A DNA stretch of 64,000 nucleotides from Paraspadella gotoi (GCA_051294375.1 CM119269.1:2596699-2660698), one strand, 5' to 3'; counted from the stretch's first letter, positions 15,375-29,427 are shown. Numbers and translations: made by a program. Notes: a model not told the origin generated them from the sequence alone.

Positions 15375-16236
15375 TATTCCTCCCACACGGGATTCCTCCC
15401 AACTGATCCTCCACACGGTATTCCTCCACTTCGGATCCCCTCGCCCCATGAGAGATTCCTCCCACACGGATCCTCCCAAGGAATTCCTTCCCACCGGATT
15501 CTCCCCATGGAATTCCTCCCCATAGAATTTCCTCCCACACAGGATTCCTCCCAACGTGGGATTCCTCCCAAAGAATTCCTCTCACGCATGGATTCCCTCC
15601 CCACACGGGATTCCTCCACGCAGTTATTCCTCCCACACGGGATTGCCTCACGCAGGATTCCTCCCCACACGGATTCCTCCCACGCGGGATCTCCCACACG
15701 GGATTCCTTCCCACGCGGGATTCCTCACACGGATTCTCTCCCACGGATTCCTCCCACACGGGATTCCTCCCACACGGATTCTCTACACAGGATTTCCTCC
15801 CACTCGGGATTCCTCCCCATGGCGATTCCTCCCACACGGGATTCCTCCCAAGGAATTTGCCTCCCACACGGATTCCTCCCTGGGTAATTTTCCTCCCCAT
15901 AGAATTCCTCCCACACAGTATTCTCCGCACACGGGGATTCCTCCCCAAATCTCTCACGGATTCTTCCCGTACTCCCCGCGGGATTCCTCCCACACGGGAT
16001 TCCTCCACACGGGGATTCCTCCCACGCAGGAGTTCCTCCCACACGGGATTCCTCCCCACACGGGATTCTCCTACACAGGATTACCTCCCACTCTGGGATT
16101 TTCACCACACTGGATTCTCCCACGCGGGGCATTCCTCCGACACGGTTCTCCCCCCACACTTGATTTCCTCCCACATGATTTCCTCCCACCACGGGATCCT
16201 CCCACACGGATTCCTCCCACCACGGGATTCCTCCTC
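15375..16236 (+). repeat. ~16-bp minisatellite array (GGATTCCTCCCACACG)n
   Basis: Dozens of visible, slightly degenerate units. Confidence 0.95.
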
Positions 16237-16489
16237 TTAAATTGTGATATTAAACTTTTCTTGTTGCCATGCTTCTGTCTTTCAAGGAAAAAATTAATTC
16301 ATTAAGAATGAAAATTTTTGTGTGTGGGGTAGGAAGTATTGATAAAGCTGATAATATACATTTTTTGAATGTAATCGCTCCAGTTTGTGGAAAAGAGTTC
16401 AAATTAGAAAACCAAAAGACACATTATTTTTGAATTTTTTAATAGTTTCTCTCTCTCTATTCTCTCTCTGATTGATTGTATTGATTGAA

Positions 16490-16680
16490 TTGACAAATTA
16501 TGCCGATTGACAAAAAATATGCCAGTTGACACAATTCTGCAGGTTAAACCAAAATTACTGCCAGTTGACCAAATTATGCTGTTTGGACCAAATTATGCCA
16601 GTTTACAAATTTTGTCGTGACAAATATGCAGGGATGACCAAATAATGCAAGTGCATTAAAATCATCGCAGTTGACCCAAG
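16490..16680. repeat. ~20-bp degenerate minisatellite (ccagttgaccaaattatg-like)
   Basis: Repeated ttgac(a/c)aaattatg(c) units. Confidence 0.7.
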
Positions 16681-16755
16681 TTAGCTTATTACACTTAATA
16701 TTATCGTAGGCAGATCCGACTTGTTTGCTCCAAACTTGTTTTTTTTATTGGGACG

Positions 16756-17200
16756 GGGAGAAAACCCGTGTGGAGGAATACCGCGTGGGAGGAATCCCGC
16801 TGTGGGAGTCGAATTCCCGCGTGGGAGGGAATCCCGTGTGGGAGCGAATCCCGCGTCGGGAGAATCCCGCAGAGGATCGTGGAGGAATCCCGATGTGCGG
16901 ACGGAATCCCGCATGAGGAGGAATCCCGCTGGGAGGGAATCCCGTGTGGAGGAATCCCGCGTGGGAGGAATCCCGTCGTGGGAGGAATCCCGCGTGGGAG
17001 GAATCCATGTGTGGGAGGAATTCTTTGGGAGGAATCCCGTGTGGAGGAATTCTTTGGGAGGAATCCCGTGTGTGAGCAATTCCAATTGGGAGGAATCCCT
17101 TGGGGAGGAATCCGTGTGAGGAGGAAACCGGTGGAAGGAATCCCGCGTGGGAGGAATCCCGCGTGGGAGGAATCCCGCGGGGAGGAATCCTGTTGGGAGT
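16756..17200 (-). repeat. The same 16-bp minisatellite in inverted orientation; further + copies at 17330-17625 and 18075-18223
   Basis: (gtgggaggaatccc..)n is the reverse complement of the 15.4-16.2 kb array. Confidence 0.95.
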
Positions 17201-17729
17201 TATTTATTTTAAAGTAAAATAAATCGTTATTAAGTGTTTTCATTTAAATATTGAATTTATGGAATCAATGTTTTGATTATTTTTTTTAATCTTTGCAATA
17301 ACGATTTATTTTACTTTAAAATAAATAACTCCCAACAGGATTCCTCCCCGCGGGATTCCTCCCACCCGGGATTCCTCCCACGCGGGATTCCTCCCACCAC
17401 GGTTTCCTCCCACACGGGATTCCTCCCCAAGGGATTCCTCCCAATGGAATTGCCCACACGGGATTCCTCCCAAAGGAATTCCTCCCACACGGGATTCCTC
17501 CCAAATGAATTCCTCCCACACTGTGATTCCTCCCACGCGGGATTCCTCCCACACGGGATTCCTCCCACGCGGGATTCCTCCTATCCGAGGATTCCTCCTC
17601 ATGCGGGATTCCTCCACACGTCGGATNNNNNNNNNNNNNNNNNNNNNNNNNAAAGCATAACGGAAGAATGAATTTCATATTAATACAATAGTGGCACCCA
17701 AAAAAGAAAGATCTCATTTTGATTGGAAG

Positions 17730-17906
17730 CAAGGAGTTAAGCAAGAATAAAGAGTTAAGTAAGAATAAAGAGTTAAGCAAGCATAAAGAGTTAAGCAAGA
17801 ATAAAGAGTTAAGCAAGAATAAAGAGTTAAGCAAGAATAAAGAGTTAAGCAAGAATAAAGAGTTAAGCAAGAATAAAGAGTTAAGCAAGCATAAAGAGTT
17901 AAGCAA
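17730..17906. repeat. 18-bp near-perfect tandem repeat (AAAGAGTTAAGCAAGAAT), about 10 copies
   Basis: Directly visible. It gives the KELSKN and LLNSLF pseudo-ORFs. Confidence 0.95.
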
Positions 17907-18718
17907 TGCAGGATAATTGAAAGAGATTTCATCTCACAAATAAAGTTCGATTGAGTTTTCGCCACGTGAATCGGTTGTCTTGTCACAAATCAAAGCGAAT
18001 TCAGCCAAACGATGAATGGCTCGACGCAGTATCTGATTCGAAATTGGATTTCATGCTTTAGCAGACGGTTCCATTGGGATTCCTCCCAACAGGATTCCTC
18101 CCACGCGGGATTCCTCCAACGCGGGATTCCTCCCACACGGGTTTCCTCCCACACGGGATTCCTCCCCAAGGGATTCCTCCCAATGGAATTGCTCCCACAC
18201 GGGATTCCTCCCAAAGGAATTCCTCTATTGTATTAATATGAAATTCATTCTTCCGTTATGCTTTTTTTTCATTTAAATATTGAATTTATGGATTCATGTT
18301 TGATTATTTTTTTTTAATCTTTGCTTAATAACGATTTATTTTACTTTAAAATAAATAACTCCCGTTTTCTTGCTATTTACCAACTTGTCCCTCTTTTTCC
18401 TTATTTTCTTTCTATTGACAAAGCTCTTTACAATTTTTGTGCATAAATAAATCTACTGTCAGTATCCATCAGAGAATACTTATTATTACTTTACGAAGAA
18501 TATTTTTTTTGGAAAAGTAACCATTTTTTAAAACTTGTTTAAATTTTTCGGCTTTCAGAATTCGACTCAAATAACTGGCTCTCAGCCGAAAAGTCATTAA
18601 TTAAATCCAATAAACTGGATTTTTTTATAATTTAAAGTTTAAAGTTTGAATTTATTCCTATCATTTTCATGAAAAAACTGTATTGACGTATCTTCCATAT
18701 AAAAAAATTTAAGTATTA

Positions 18719-18760
<42 letters not shown>

Positions 18761-18762
<2 letters not shown>

Positions 18763-20141
18763 ACTTTTCAGTGACCTTCAATTCGATGTGGAATGAGGAC
18801 TTGATTATTAAAATAATAAAAAAAAGGTTTTCCAGAAGACATTATAAAAATGGTTTATTCTTATCTGAATGGGAGAATGATGAACGTCATTGAGGATGAA
18901 TTGAAATCTGAAACTAAGTTGCTCGGGAAAGGTTCACCACAAGGTGGTATCTTGAGACCTCTTTGTTCTCTACGTTGAAGACTTGCCTGCATTCCATGGA
19001 AAAAAAACGTAAGGAGTGCAAAATATGCAGATGACGCAACAGTATGGGCAAGCGGTAAATCGGCAAATATTGCAGCCAAAAATCTTCAACCAATCCTAGA
19101 CAAAATCGTAAAATGGTGGAGTGAATGGCAATTGACATTATCACAGGGTAAATCAAAAACCACTTTGTTCAGTAGATGCCAAAACCACTATGACGAATCT
19201 TATGAACTCAAAATCGTTGATGATTACGTCCTCGAAAGAAAACCAGCCTTGAATATTCTCCTTGGTTGTAGATGGAGACTACTGCTCATCGATATTATCT
19301 CTAAAGCTGTCTAAATGATAAATTCGAAAATACTGGCAAAGACCTAAGTGACAAAAAATCACAAAATTGTAATGACTGTGTACAAATCTCTCACAGAGTC
19401 AATCTTCCAATATTCAAGCATTGCATGCATTAACATGACAAAATATCAATGGGAAAAAGTAGACAAACTCCATATCCAAGCAATGAGAATATTCCTAGAT
19501 CTACCAATCCATACTGCTAATCGCCTGGTTCTCGATGCAAGCAACACATCCAATCTATCAGAAACTCTTTTCAACTTAGCACGGAAAAGGGTCCTAAACA
19601 TCGTTGGAAAAAAATGACTTGTTTGATGACATCATTAGAAGATCTGATGAAGAGAGCACAAAAACCCACCTTTCTCCATTGGAAATCGTTTCCACAAAAC
19701 TCGGATTTGAAAACCTTGCATGAAATTGTTTTAGAAAGAAATTCATAGTATCTCACAAATTAATCCTGTGATATTTGTTATTCTACTGTTTTCTTACGAT
19801 TTAAGAAATTACATGTAGCCTTAATCTATTTGAATTTTCAAATGTATGATACTTGCTTTTAAAAAAACAAAACAAACAAAAAAAAAAAACAACAACAAAA
19901 AATTATGTCTCTATTCTTTACAAATCACCCAGACATTGTAAAATAGGTTTCTACATGGATTAATGTAACTTAATCCAAATTCTATTTCATGTTAGCTTAT
20001 TGAACGATTTGAAAACGTTTGGAAAACAAATGAACAGAGAATCCAAGTGAATGATCGCCTTTAGTGACATTCCGTAGGCTTTTACAGTGTATCATGTCCA
20101 GGGTCATGTACTGTTCAATTCAATTCAATTCAATTCAATTC
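18761..20141 (+). mobile_element. 5'-truncated, decayed non-LTR retrotransposon (LINE): reverse-transcriptase remnant plus 3' tail
   Basis: Across frameshifts it reads DFSVTFNSMWNEDL (cf. DFSKAFDSVWH), YSYLNGR, GSPQGGIL (18931-), KYADDATVW (YADD at 19024-19035), LQPILDKIVKWWSEWQLTLSQGKSK and VYKSLTESIFQYSS. These are canonical LINE RT and downstream motifs. A (TTCAA)n run lies at 20114-20141. Confidence 0.9.
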
Positions 20142-20812
20142 TCTAAAAATAAAAAGAGATGCAGACAACGAAATGAGAGAGAGTAAAAATAATAAACAAT
20201 AATAGACAATAATAGAAACACTATATCACGCTATAATCCAATAACAGACACCTCCACACAAGAATTTTTTTTTTTGGGTTTTTTTAATTTTTAGTAATAA
20301 TAAAAACGATATTAACATAATTGAAAACATAACTAGTAACAGTAACTAGTAACAGTAACTAGTAACAGAAAAAAATGGTTCCAATACCCAATACACAATA
20401 CAGTAACGATATAACAGTTAACTATTATATTACAGTTACTGAATATTTGCCTACAAATAAAATCGAACGACTTTTTCCTCCGAAAGCATTCTTTATATTG
20501 AAGAAAGGTTAATTACTGCTGTTAAATTTTTATTTGTTACGAGATAGTCTCTCGGTTGTTTAAAGCCCTTTTTATTATTGAATTCGTATTTTTGTTGCTT
20601 ACGAAGTATCTGATTGATCAAGTATTTTAAAAGTCGCTCTCTGATTGGTTAGTCCTTATGATTGTACCTTAACCAAAGATATAAAAGAGATGTGCTTACC
20701 TAAAACTAAGAGGATAAGTTACCAATGATTCGTGACAGTCGGTAAGCATTTAAAATGATATTTTGTAATTTTATGGTTAAGCTTAAAGTTGACTATTTTT
20801 AATAAGTTCTTT

Positions 20813-20890
20813 TTCGACTTGCTTTATGTCTCCCTTCGACTTGCTTTATGTCTCCCTTCGACTTGCTTTATGTCTCCCTTCTACTTGCTT
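20813..20890. repeat. 22-bp tandem repeat (ttcgacttgctttatgtctccc) x3.5
   Basis: Directly visible. Confidence 0.9.
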
Positions 20891-21258
20891 CACGTCTCAC
20901 GCTCATGTTATGTCTACTACAATAAATATTACTAAATTTACATTCTTCGAATCTCTATAAATAAATAGCAAGTCAGAAAACACTAGCTCGCTCACGGCGT
21001 TACGGTAAAATCCTCAATAACTGCATTTTTAAAATAAACTAGCCAAAATGCTCCTAAAGTATCTAAAAATCAAGTACATATTTACTGAGATTAAAGAATT
21101 ACAACCAACGGACTGGACAACTGTAATATGTAAATGATATTAGAAAGATTAGGAAATTTTTTTTTCTCATCGCTTTCGGTATAAATCTCCTTTTCTGTCT
21201 CTTTTTTCCAACCATCCTAATTATCCTCTATTCCACGCTCCTGTCTTTTCTCTCTCTC

Positions 21259-21306
<48 letters not shown>

Positions 21307-21463
21307 TCTCTTTCCAGTTTTTTGTTCAGATCTTCCTCCTCCCCTTCATTTTCTTTATGTTTCTGTTACGTTATTCCCTCCCTCTGTCTCCTTTCCTTTC
21401 TCTGCAAACAAGAGCGCAAGCGCCTAATAAAATGCAAAAATGAAGATTAAAGTGGAGCCCGAA

Positions 21464-21513
<50 letters not shown>

Positions 21514-23493
21514 TTTCAGAACAAAAAAAAGCAACAGGGCGTTTTAAAAGTAATCATTCGACGTGGAAAGAAAATTCCCGGCAAAAAACCGCATTGCGTG
21601 ATTTCGGGTTCGGTTTCTTTTGTTAAGAAACTGACGATGACGTCAAGCCGGCTTTCTCTGTAACGGTCCTTACATTGTATAGTAATATGTAATCGAAAAT
21701 AAGTTTGTTAAATTGAAATTTTTTTTTTTTAATCTTCGAGCGAGGTAGGTATTGATATTTTTGAAAACATAATTGGCAATCACGGTTGCCGTACACTTAA
21801 CAGTTTTCACATTTTTTACGCTATTTTAATCTATCCTTTCTCCCTCTCACGCCCTCGCCTCACCTCACCTCACCTCACCTCACCTAACCTCACCCTGCGT
21901 CGTGATCCCCGATCAACACTTAACCTCCTTCGACTAAAAGACGATTTTTCTCCACCCCCCCGAAATAAAACTACAACAACAACAAGCAAGTTTTTCGTCC
22001 AACTTTCATCTTCTCTCAAATTAACTTTTTTTTTGGTTTCCTCGCAATTTTTTCTTCTTTGTTCTTCCGACTTTTTTTCCCCCCGATTCCCTTTTGTTTT
22101 CTCAACCGAGAAAATAAACAAACGCAAACATTTTTTTCAGAGTTGCGGTGTTGAAAACTTTGTTTTTTTTTTAAATTGCCCATTATGGAATTTCCATATG
22201 TAGATTGTAAAAAGATAAATCTACTTTTTCTCTTCCATTAGGAACACGTTTCGTGGCTTATTTTTACGCATTAAATTTGTATTAACTGTATTTTTCTCGG
22301 TTAATGCGATTTCAAGCGAATCAAGAGACGAAGCCAGTCACGTGATCAGTCGGGACTGAAATTTCCTAGAAATACAATTCGTCGTGATTATTCCATTCCA
22401 ATTGAAGGGCGCCGTTTCGACGTTGGGTTGTTTATGACGCCGTTTCGGGTATCGCGCCGGGTTATTTTCCGCGCCGTCTCATTGTTGCCGCTGTTGCCTC
22501 GTTGAGCGTGGCGCTATTTTGACTTAACTTCTGGGCATTCGGAAAAAAATAATTTTTTTTTGCATTTATTTTTAGAAAATTTAAGTATGGCTATTGTAAT
22601 TGTTATTGTTATTTAGGAAATATTCTATCCGTTAAAATGGCACGATAGAATATTTTTATTGTTGCTAATTCCATTTTATTATCAACCGAGATTTTTATTT
22701 AGAACTCATTCTCTCTCATTTTCCTGGTTCCTCACAGCGTGACGACTCGACGAGGCAAGAAATGAAAAAAGTGGAGATAAAATTAGGAAAAAAACCTACA
22801 TCTAAGTCACTGATTAGAAAATTTTATGAAATTGGAAAAATAATATATTTTTTGAAATATTATACCACTCCATTGATAGGGAAACGAGGTCCTCTGGGAG
22901 TAAACGAGAATGAGAGAGTCTTGATTGAAAGCTTGCAGGGATCTGCAAAAAGAGTGATGGAGGCCTGAAACCACCAAAGCCTGTCCAAAGTCAGGGGCGA
23001 AATAGTTTATTTATTAAATGAATGGATAATTTTTATGTTTGTTGTACCAATTTCATAATAATAATAAAAAAACTCTTAAAAAATTAACGGCAGAGAGCGT
23101 AATGTAGAAATTGGATATAACAGATAAAAACAAAAAAAAAAAAGATAAAAGCTAAAAAATAAAAACGCACTATGATTGGCTGTAATCGTAGTAAGCAAAC
23201 CAATCAGCAGTGGGTGAAAAAAAAAAGAATAGATTTTAAATAAATTCAGAATCGCGTCGAAAAAAAAACGAAGCCAAACAATAACCGAATTAAGTTAGCG
23301 CGGAAAAAAAAAGGATAAGGNNNNNNNNNNNNNNNNNNNNNNNNNNNNNNNNNNNNNNNNNNNNNNNNNNNNNNNNNNNNNNNNNNNNNNNNNNNNNNNN
23401 NNNNNNNNNNNNNNNNNNNNNNNNNNNNNNNNNNNNNNNNNNNNNNNNNNNNNNNNNNNNNNNNNNNNNNNNNNNNNNNNNNNNNNNNNNNNN

Positions 23494-24731
23494 TTTTCCT
23501 TCTCTTCGCTCGTTTTCGTTGCTTATTATTCCGCTCGTTTGCGGAGGCAACGATAATTCCGGGTTCCCAGACGGCGGAGCTGTATTACCCTTGATAGACC
23601 CGGATTCTTCACGCGTTTCCAAACCCCGTCGATGCTCTTGTTTTTCCTTGTTGTCGTCGTCCTTGTTTTCGTCTTTATCGCTAGGGGGATTTTTTTTCCT
23701 TTTCTTTTTCTTTGACCGCTTGAAAGATAGGATTCAATATAAACATATATATATATATATAAACATACAAACTATAATATGAAATTTCGATCTTACCAAT
23801 TTCCCGCCTGACGCCGACAGCGTCCGCCCCACGCCCCATGGTCCGTCCCACGCCCCAGGGTCCGCAGCTGCCGCCGCAGCGACCGCCTCAGTCAGCGCCG
23901 CCTCGTATTAACGTCGCTTAATTACGACATTAATCATTTTGTTCTTTCGCTGGTGACGAACGTTCGTAGATGGAATCTCGCTGAGATGGAATCGTCTCGG
24001 GCGAAAAAAAAAAAAAGAGAAGAGGAGCGATGACGGTGAGGGAAGAGGAGCCGATGAACGGTGAGGGTAGAGGAGCGATGACGGTGAGGGAAGAGTGCGA
24101 TGACGATGAGGGTAGAGGAGCGATGACGGTGAGGGTAAAGGAGCGATGACGGTGAGGGAAGAGGAGCGATGACGGTGAGGGAAAGAGAGCGATGACGGTG
24201 AGAGTAGAGGAGCGATGACGGTGAGGAAAAGGAGCGATGGGTTACGATATGTGCGGGGTGAGGTGAGGAGTTGGGGTTGAAAAGAGGGTGAGGAGTGAGG
24301 AGCTGAGGGGTGAGGAGTGGGGAGTGGGAGTGAGGAGTGAGGAGTGAGGAGTGAGGAGTGAGGAGCTGAGGAGTGAGGAGTGAGAAGTGAGGAGATGAGG
24401 AGTGAGGAGGGTACGGCGGTTTGAAGTGGAAAGGAAATAAAGGGAAGAAAGGGGAAAGCGGCTGCGGCGGCTGCGGCGGCTGGAGCGGCGACGACGAGGG
24501 ATAAAATTCGGGGAGAAAAACGGCGGACCGAATTGAGAAGGAAGAACCGGGATCTGTTTGCTCTTTGGGGGCAGAAAAACCAGAGACAACTTTGATTAAA
24601 TGAATATTAAAAATAAACAAAAGAAGAGAGAAGAGAATGAGGAGAGAGAGAAGAGAAAGGTAAAAAAGGGATGGGGCAAAGAAAGGAGAGAGAGGACAGA
24701 GAGAGACATAAAGAGAGAGAAAAAGAGAGAA

Positions 24732-24793
<62 letters not shown>

Positions 24794-24877
24794 GAGAAAG
24801 GTAAAAAAGGGATGGGGCAAAGAACGAAGAGAAGGAGAGAGAGAGAGAGAAAAGATAAAAAGGGATATGGGGTAAAA

Positions 24878-24947
<70 letters not shown>

Positions 24948-24993
24948 AGAGAGAAGAGAGAGAGAGAGAGATAGAGGAGACCAGAGAAGAGAA

Positions 24994-25062
<69 letters not shown>

Positions 25063-25281
25063 AGACAGAGAGGTCAAAAAGAGAGAGTGACTAATGAGAG
25101 AGCGTGGAAGGAGCCGAGAGAGAGAAAAGTGAAAGCGAATGAAAATCAGAATATTTTTATTTTGACTATCGTCCAAATTTTAGGTCATGAATTTATTTCT
25201 ATTTTTCAATTGAATTCTTTGTTTTTTTTATATTTTTAAAATTTTTTTTTATATTTTGAAGTTCAATTCATTTTTAATAGG

Positions 25282-25319
<38 letters not shown>

Positions 25320-25968
25320 GAAAGAGAGAGAGAGAGATGAGAGAGAGGGAGAGAGTAGAGTCGTTCATCTTTTTGTAACAAAGATTACGAGGAAAAAGTT
25401 TTTTTCGCGAGCGGGAAATTCGATGACGCTAATGAATTCTTTTTTTTTTTTTTCGCCGAGACGATTCCATCTCAGCGAGATTCCATCTACGAACGTTCGT
25501 CACCAGCGAAAGAACAAATGATTAATGTCGTAATTAAGCGACGTTAATACGAGGCGGCGCTGACTGAGGCTGGGGCGGTCGCTGGCGGCGGCAGTGCGGA
25601 CCCTGGGGCGTGGGAACGGACCATGGGTGCGTGGGGCGGACGCTGTCGGCGTCAGGCGGGAAATTGGTAAGATCGAAATTTCATATTATAGTTTTGTATG
25701 TTCTATATATAATATATATGTTTATATTGAATCCTATCTTTCAGCGGTCAAAGAAAAGAAAAGGAAAAAAAATCCCCTAGCGATAAAGACGAAAACAAGG
25801 ACGACGACAACAAGGAAAAACAAGAGCATCGACGGGGTTTGGAACGCGTGGAAGAATCCGGGTCTATCAAGGGTAATACAGCTGCCGCCGTCTGGGAACC
25901 CGGAATTATCGTTGCCTCCAACGAGCGGAAATAATAATCAACCGAAAACGAGCGAAGAGAAGGAAAGA
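23494..25968. repeat. ~520-bp inverted duplication (23494-24015 vs 25440-25968), probable assembly artefact
   Basis: The arms are reverse complements with scattered 1-bp indels. The left arm abuts an N-gap. The block 25080-25440 recurs noisily at about 29480-29930. Confidence 0.8.
24021..24240. repeat. 23-bp minisatellite (gaggagcgatgacggtgagggaa), 9-10 copies, followed by (gtgagga)n to ~24410
   Basis: Directly visible. One inverted unit occurs at ~29931-29954. Confidence 0.9.
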
Positions 25969-27343
25969 TAGGGGGTGTGAAGGGAATCCGGGGATGGTGG
26001 GTGTGGAAGGGGATTGGGGAGGGGTGGGAATGGGGATCGAGAGGGTGTGGAAGGTATGGGGAGGGTGTGGTAATTCGGGGAATCGGGGGGATGTGAAAGG
26101 GATGTAGGGAGGAGGTGTGGAAGGGGTCGGGGGAGGGGTGTGGGATGGGGGGTCGAGACTGATGGGGGATATAAGTCTAAAAAGAAGTGAGGAACAAAAA
26201 AGTCGAAGAATGGGAGATGAGAGAGAGAAGCATTTTAATTTTAGATGCTTTCTTCCCAGTGGCTCTTTTTTTTTTTCTTTTTTTGCGCTCCGTGCTTTTT
26301 CTCTNNNNNNNNNNNNNNNNNNNNNNNNNGGAAGGGGAGGAGAGAGAAAAGGTTAGTAAAAAAAAAAATAAAAGGTACGGGGACAAAGAACGACGAAGGA
26401 GAGACAGAAGAACATAAGAGAGAGAAAAAGGAAGAAGAAGAGAGAGAGAGAGAGATGAGAGAGAGGAAGGAGAGAGAGTGGGAGCGATCAGAATTTGGAC
26501 CGACAACCCCTACGGAATTCTGTTTATTCGAGGGCCCCTCGGGCTGCTTCCATGGAGCACTTTGGGCCGGCATCTGAATTTCGTTGTTCGGATGATACGA
26601 GAGAGACACCGCAACGAGTCTGCTTAGTTGTCGGGAGGGGAGGAGACGAGAGCAGAAGAAGGTGGTGAGAGAAGGAGAGAGAGTGCAGCGGGAGGAGAAG
26701 GAGAGATTGAGGAGGATGGGGACACGCGGACGCGCGGAAACAGAAGTCTCGTAATCCAACATGAAGTATTCTCGATCTACTGACGTACTCTTCTGACCAG
26801 TGACTGCTCATCGGATGAGGAACTCATCTCGTTCCTCTATACATCTCTCTCTCTTTACTCATACTTACATTCTCATACTCTCTCTCTTCTCTCTTCTACC
26901 CTCTTTTACTCTGTAAAACGACTGCTGTCATGGAAGCCCAACTGTTTGGACTTAATTTGGCTTTGAGTGTGTATATATAATCTTTACCGAATTGTCGGGT
27001 TCCTAGATTTCGTTTAGCGAATCGGATTATATTATTTCTTTTTCACTTTTTCATTCTTCCAGCCATCAGTCAATCTTATTGCCTTTTAATTGCACGATGG
27101 ATAAAATTGACGCGAAAACTCATGCACCTTTATATTTAACAAAAATAAAAACTCAATTTAGAAATTTATTTTTTAGTTCTCCGAATAATTAATTCCTCTG
27201 CTGGAGTCTTATGGATTCCTTAATCTCTTCATATTCTTACCGCAACGAAGGCAAAGCGGCTCTGTGTTTTTTATTTTTTTTTTCTTTTCCCGGTAATTGT
27301 ACTTTTTGATATTTGCCTTATTTGGTTTTTCTTGTTTCGCCAG

Positions 27344-27390
27344 CGGGCCTGCGCGCTGCGTATTCGGCGAGCTCATCGGCTTGTATTTTT
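27344..27390 (+). CDS. Candidate small internal exon (47 nt), product unknown
   Basis: ttggtttttcttgtttcgccag acceptor and a perfect gtaagt donor. GC-rich within AT-rich flanks. One frame reads GPARCVFGELIGLYF. Confidence 0.4.
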
Positions 27391-28360
27391 GTAAGTACTA
27401 CGACGTTAATTTTAAAGACGACAAATAGTATATTTTTGAAAGAGTTTTTGCACATCGGAAGGAATCGAAAGGGAAAGAAGAGAGGAAAAAAACAGAAGGA
27501 GGGACAGATCTGCAAGTCGTAGCTAAATAGAGGAGCACAATACCGTGACGAGAGTCTTTGTCCCCAAAGACTTGAGATGGAGACGATTTCAAAAAAGTCT
27601 CTATACTTTCCACTTTTTCCTGATATGTGGCCTTTTTAATCGCCGCGCCGCTTTCATCTCCGACACATCCGCGTCTACCTCGCCCCAGGGTCTCTCCCCG
27701 ATCTCTCGGTCCTCCCGGGGGGTCAGCCAACCGACCTGAGGCCCAGATGGCCCCGAGAGAGAGACGAGGAACGCGAGACCGGTTTCGCGATGGCTTCCGG
27801 AGGTTTTTTTCCAATTCCTTCGAGGTAGCGAGAAGTGAGTTCATAAGAACCAAGGATGATGCCTTTTTTAAAATTATTTTTCGTTCAATCTTCGCGAAGT
27901 GGAACGTTTGTCGAGTGCGTCGTCGTCGTCGTTCGTCCGGTGAGAGCGGGAGAGAGAGCTGTCCAGGTGTTAGTTTTTGAAAAGCGTAAAAGGAATTAAA
28001 GAGGAAAAAGGAAGAAGACCCTCGGATTCAAAAAATCGAGAGAATGACTTGTATTTTTTTTTCTGTGATTTTGTAGCCAGACGAGAGTTAGAAATCCGAC
28101 TTTGCTAAGAGCGAGATCTTAATATTTGTAAAAGGAGTATCGATGAAGTCACAAATTAAAACTGCTTTCATTTTTTAAATTATGAATTTTTTGATTATTG
28201 TTGTATTTGATTGAAGAAATTTTTTTCAGTGTATTGTAAAAATAGAATACTTCACGACAGAGAGAGAAGAATGAATTGAGAATGTACTTAATATTGGAGT
28301 GATGATAGTAGAACGGAATAGATTTAGGTTGGTATGAGGTGTAAAAAAATGGGCGCGCTA

Positions 28361-28395
<35 letters not shown>

Positions 28396-29391
28396 CCTCT
28401 CTCGATCGATCGCAGTACCCGTGCCCTTCTCTCTCTCCTCTTACCAGAGCCCCGAACTGATGATCGAAGTACGGCTCAACAGTGCAGCAGACAGAATCAA
28501 AGAAAAGAATTATTGCGTTCGTTTCAGCAAACAAAAAAACTCGTTAATTCGGAGCGCCAAAGTTTTTTAAAAAAAAGAAGAGAGAAAAAATGAAAAAAAA
28601 AATCTTTTTGAAATCAACCATTTTTCTTATTCCCCTTTCGCTCCGTGGATGTTTTTTTACTTTGGATGAAGTTGTGAAATCACATTCCAGAAATAGACTT
28701 TTCCCATAAGGAATTGTTTTACGCCTTTTCTTTCCTTTCAGCTCACGCTCTACTCGAATGTTTTAAGGCCCTTTTTTTCTTCGGCGGCGCAAACGGGAAA
28801 TAAAATTTTAAAGCAAAAAACTTTCAAATTTTTTTAAAAAATAATATTGAAGAGTCAGTAAAAGACTCAGAAGACAGAGAGAGACCAAGGCAGTCTAATC
28901 GGTTCGACGTTTAGCGCTTTAACTCTTCTTCGACTTCGCTCAAAAATTGGGGTGATGTATGAGGAAATGGCGACCGTCGCCTCCGATTGGTCGAAATTCC
29001 TCGGCGGTTGGTTGAGCGGAGGGGAGAAAAGGGGGGTGTCAGGGAGAACGGCCAAAACGAAGTGAATTGAAAATCTCCCAATTATGCTGCTTTTCCACCG
29101 GCCAGCCCATAGGATTGATGGCTCATCCGCTCGGCCCATGACGATGAATACGAAGGTGCATTCGGATTTTTACAAGGTTATTTTTTAACTTTTCGAGTTT
29201 AAAACTCTCCGAAGCTGGAGTGGACTACATGTAAATGTAAAAAAGAAAAGAAGAAGATCACCTGAAAAAAAAAGAGAGAGAAAGAAGGGAAGGGAGCAGT
29301 ATGTGAGAGATGACGAGAGAGGAGGGGATGACAGATGGAGCAGAGATCTTGGATGGAGTGACGAGGGAGAGGTGAGGAGCGGAACGGAGAT

Positions 29392-29427
<36 letters not shown>

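Noticed and set aside
17719-17916. KELSKN repeat ORF
   Set aside because: An 18-bp near-identical tandem repeat with no splice signals or evidence of coding constraint.
15323-18236. ORFs of up to 249 aa (GGIP/RNP/WEES repeats) and a CRISPR-like appearance
   Set aside because: Frames are open on both strands because of the 16-bp minisatellite. Units are contiguous with no unique spacers, there are no cas genes, and the context is eukaryotic.
23494-25968. Possible TIR transposon with 520-bp arms
   Set aside because: There is no transposase or TSD. Arms are indel-divergent, abut a gap, and interior pieces recur noisily at 29.5-29.95 kb with a shared gaattc junction, consistent with gap-fill scrambling.
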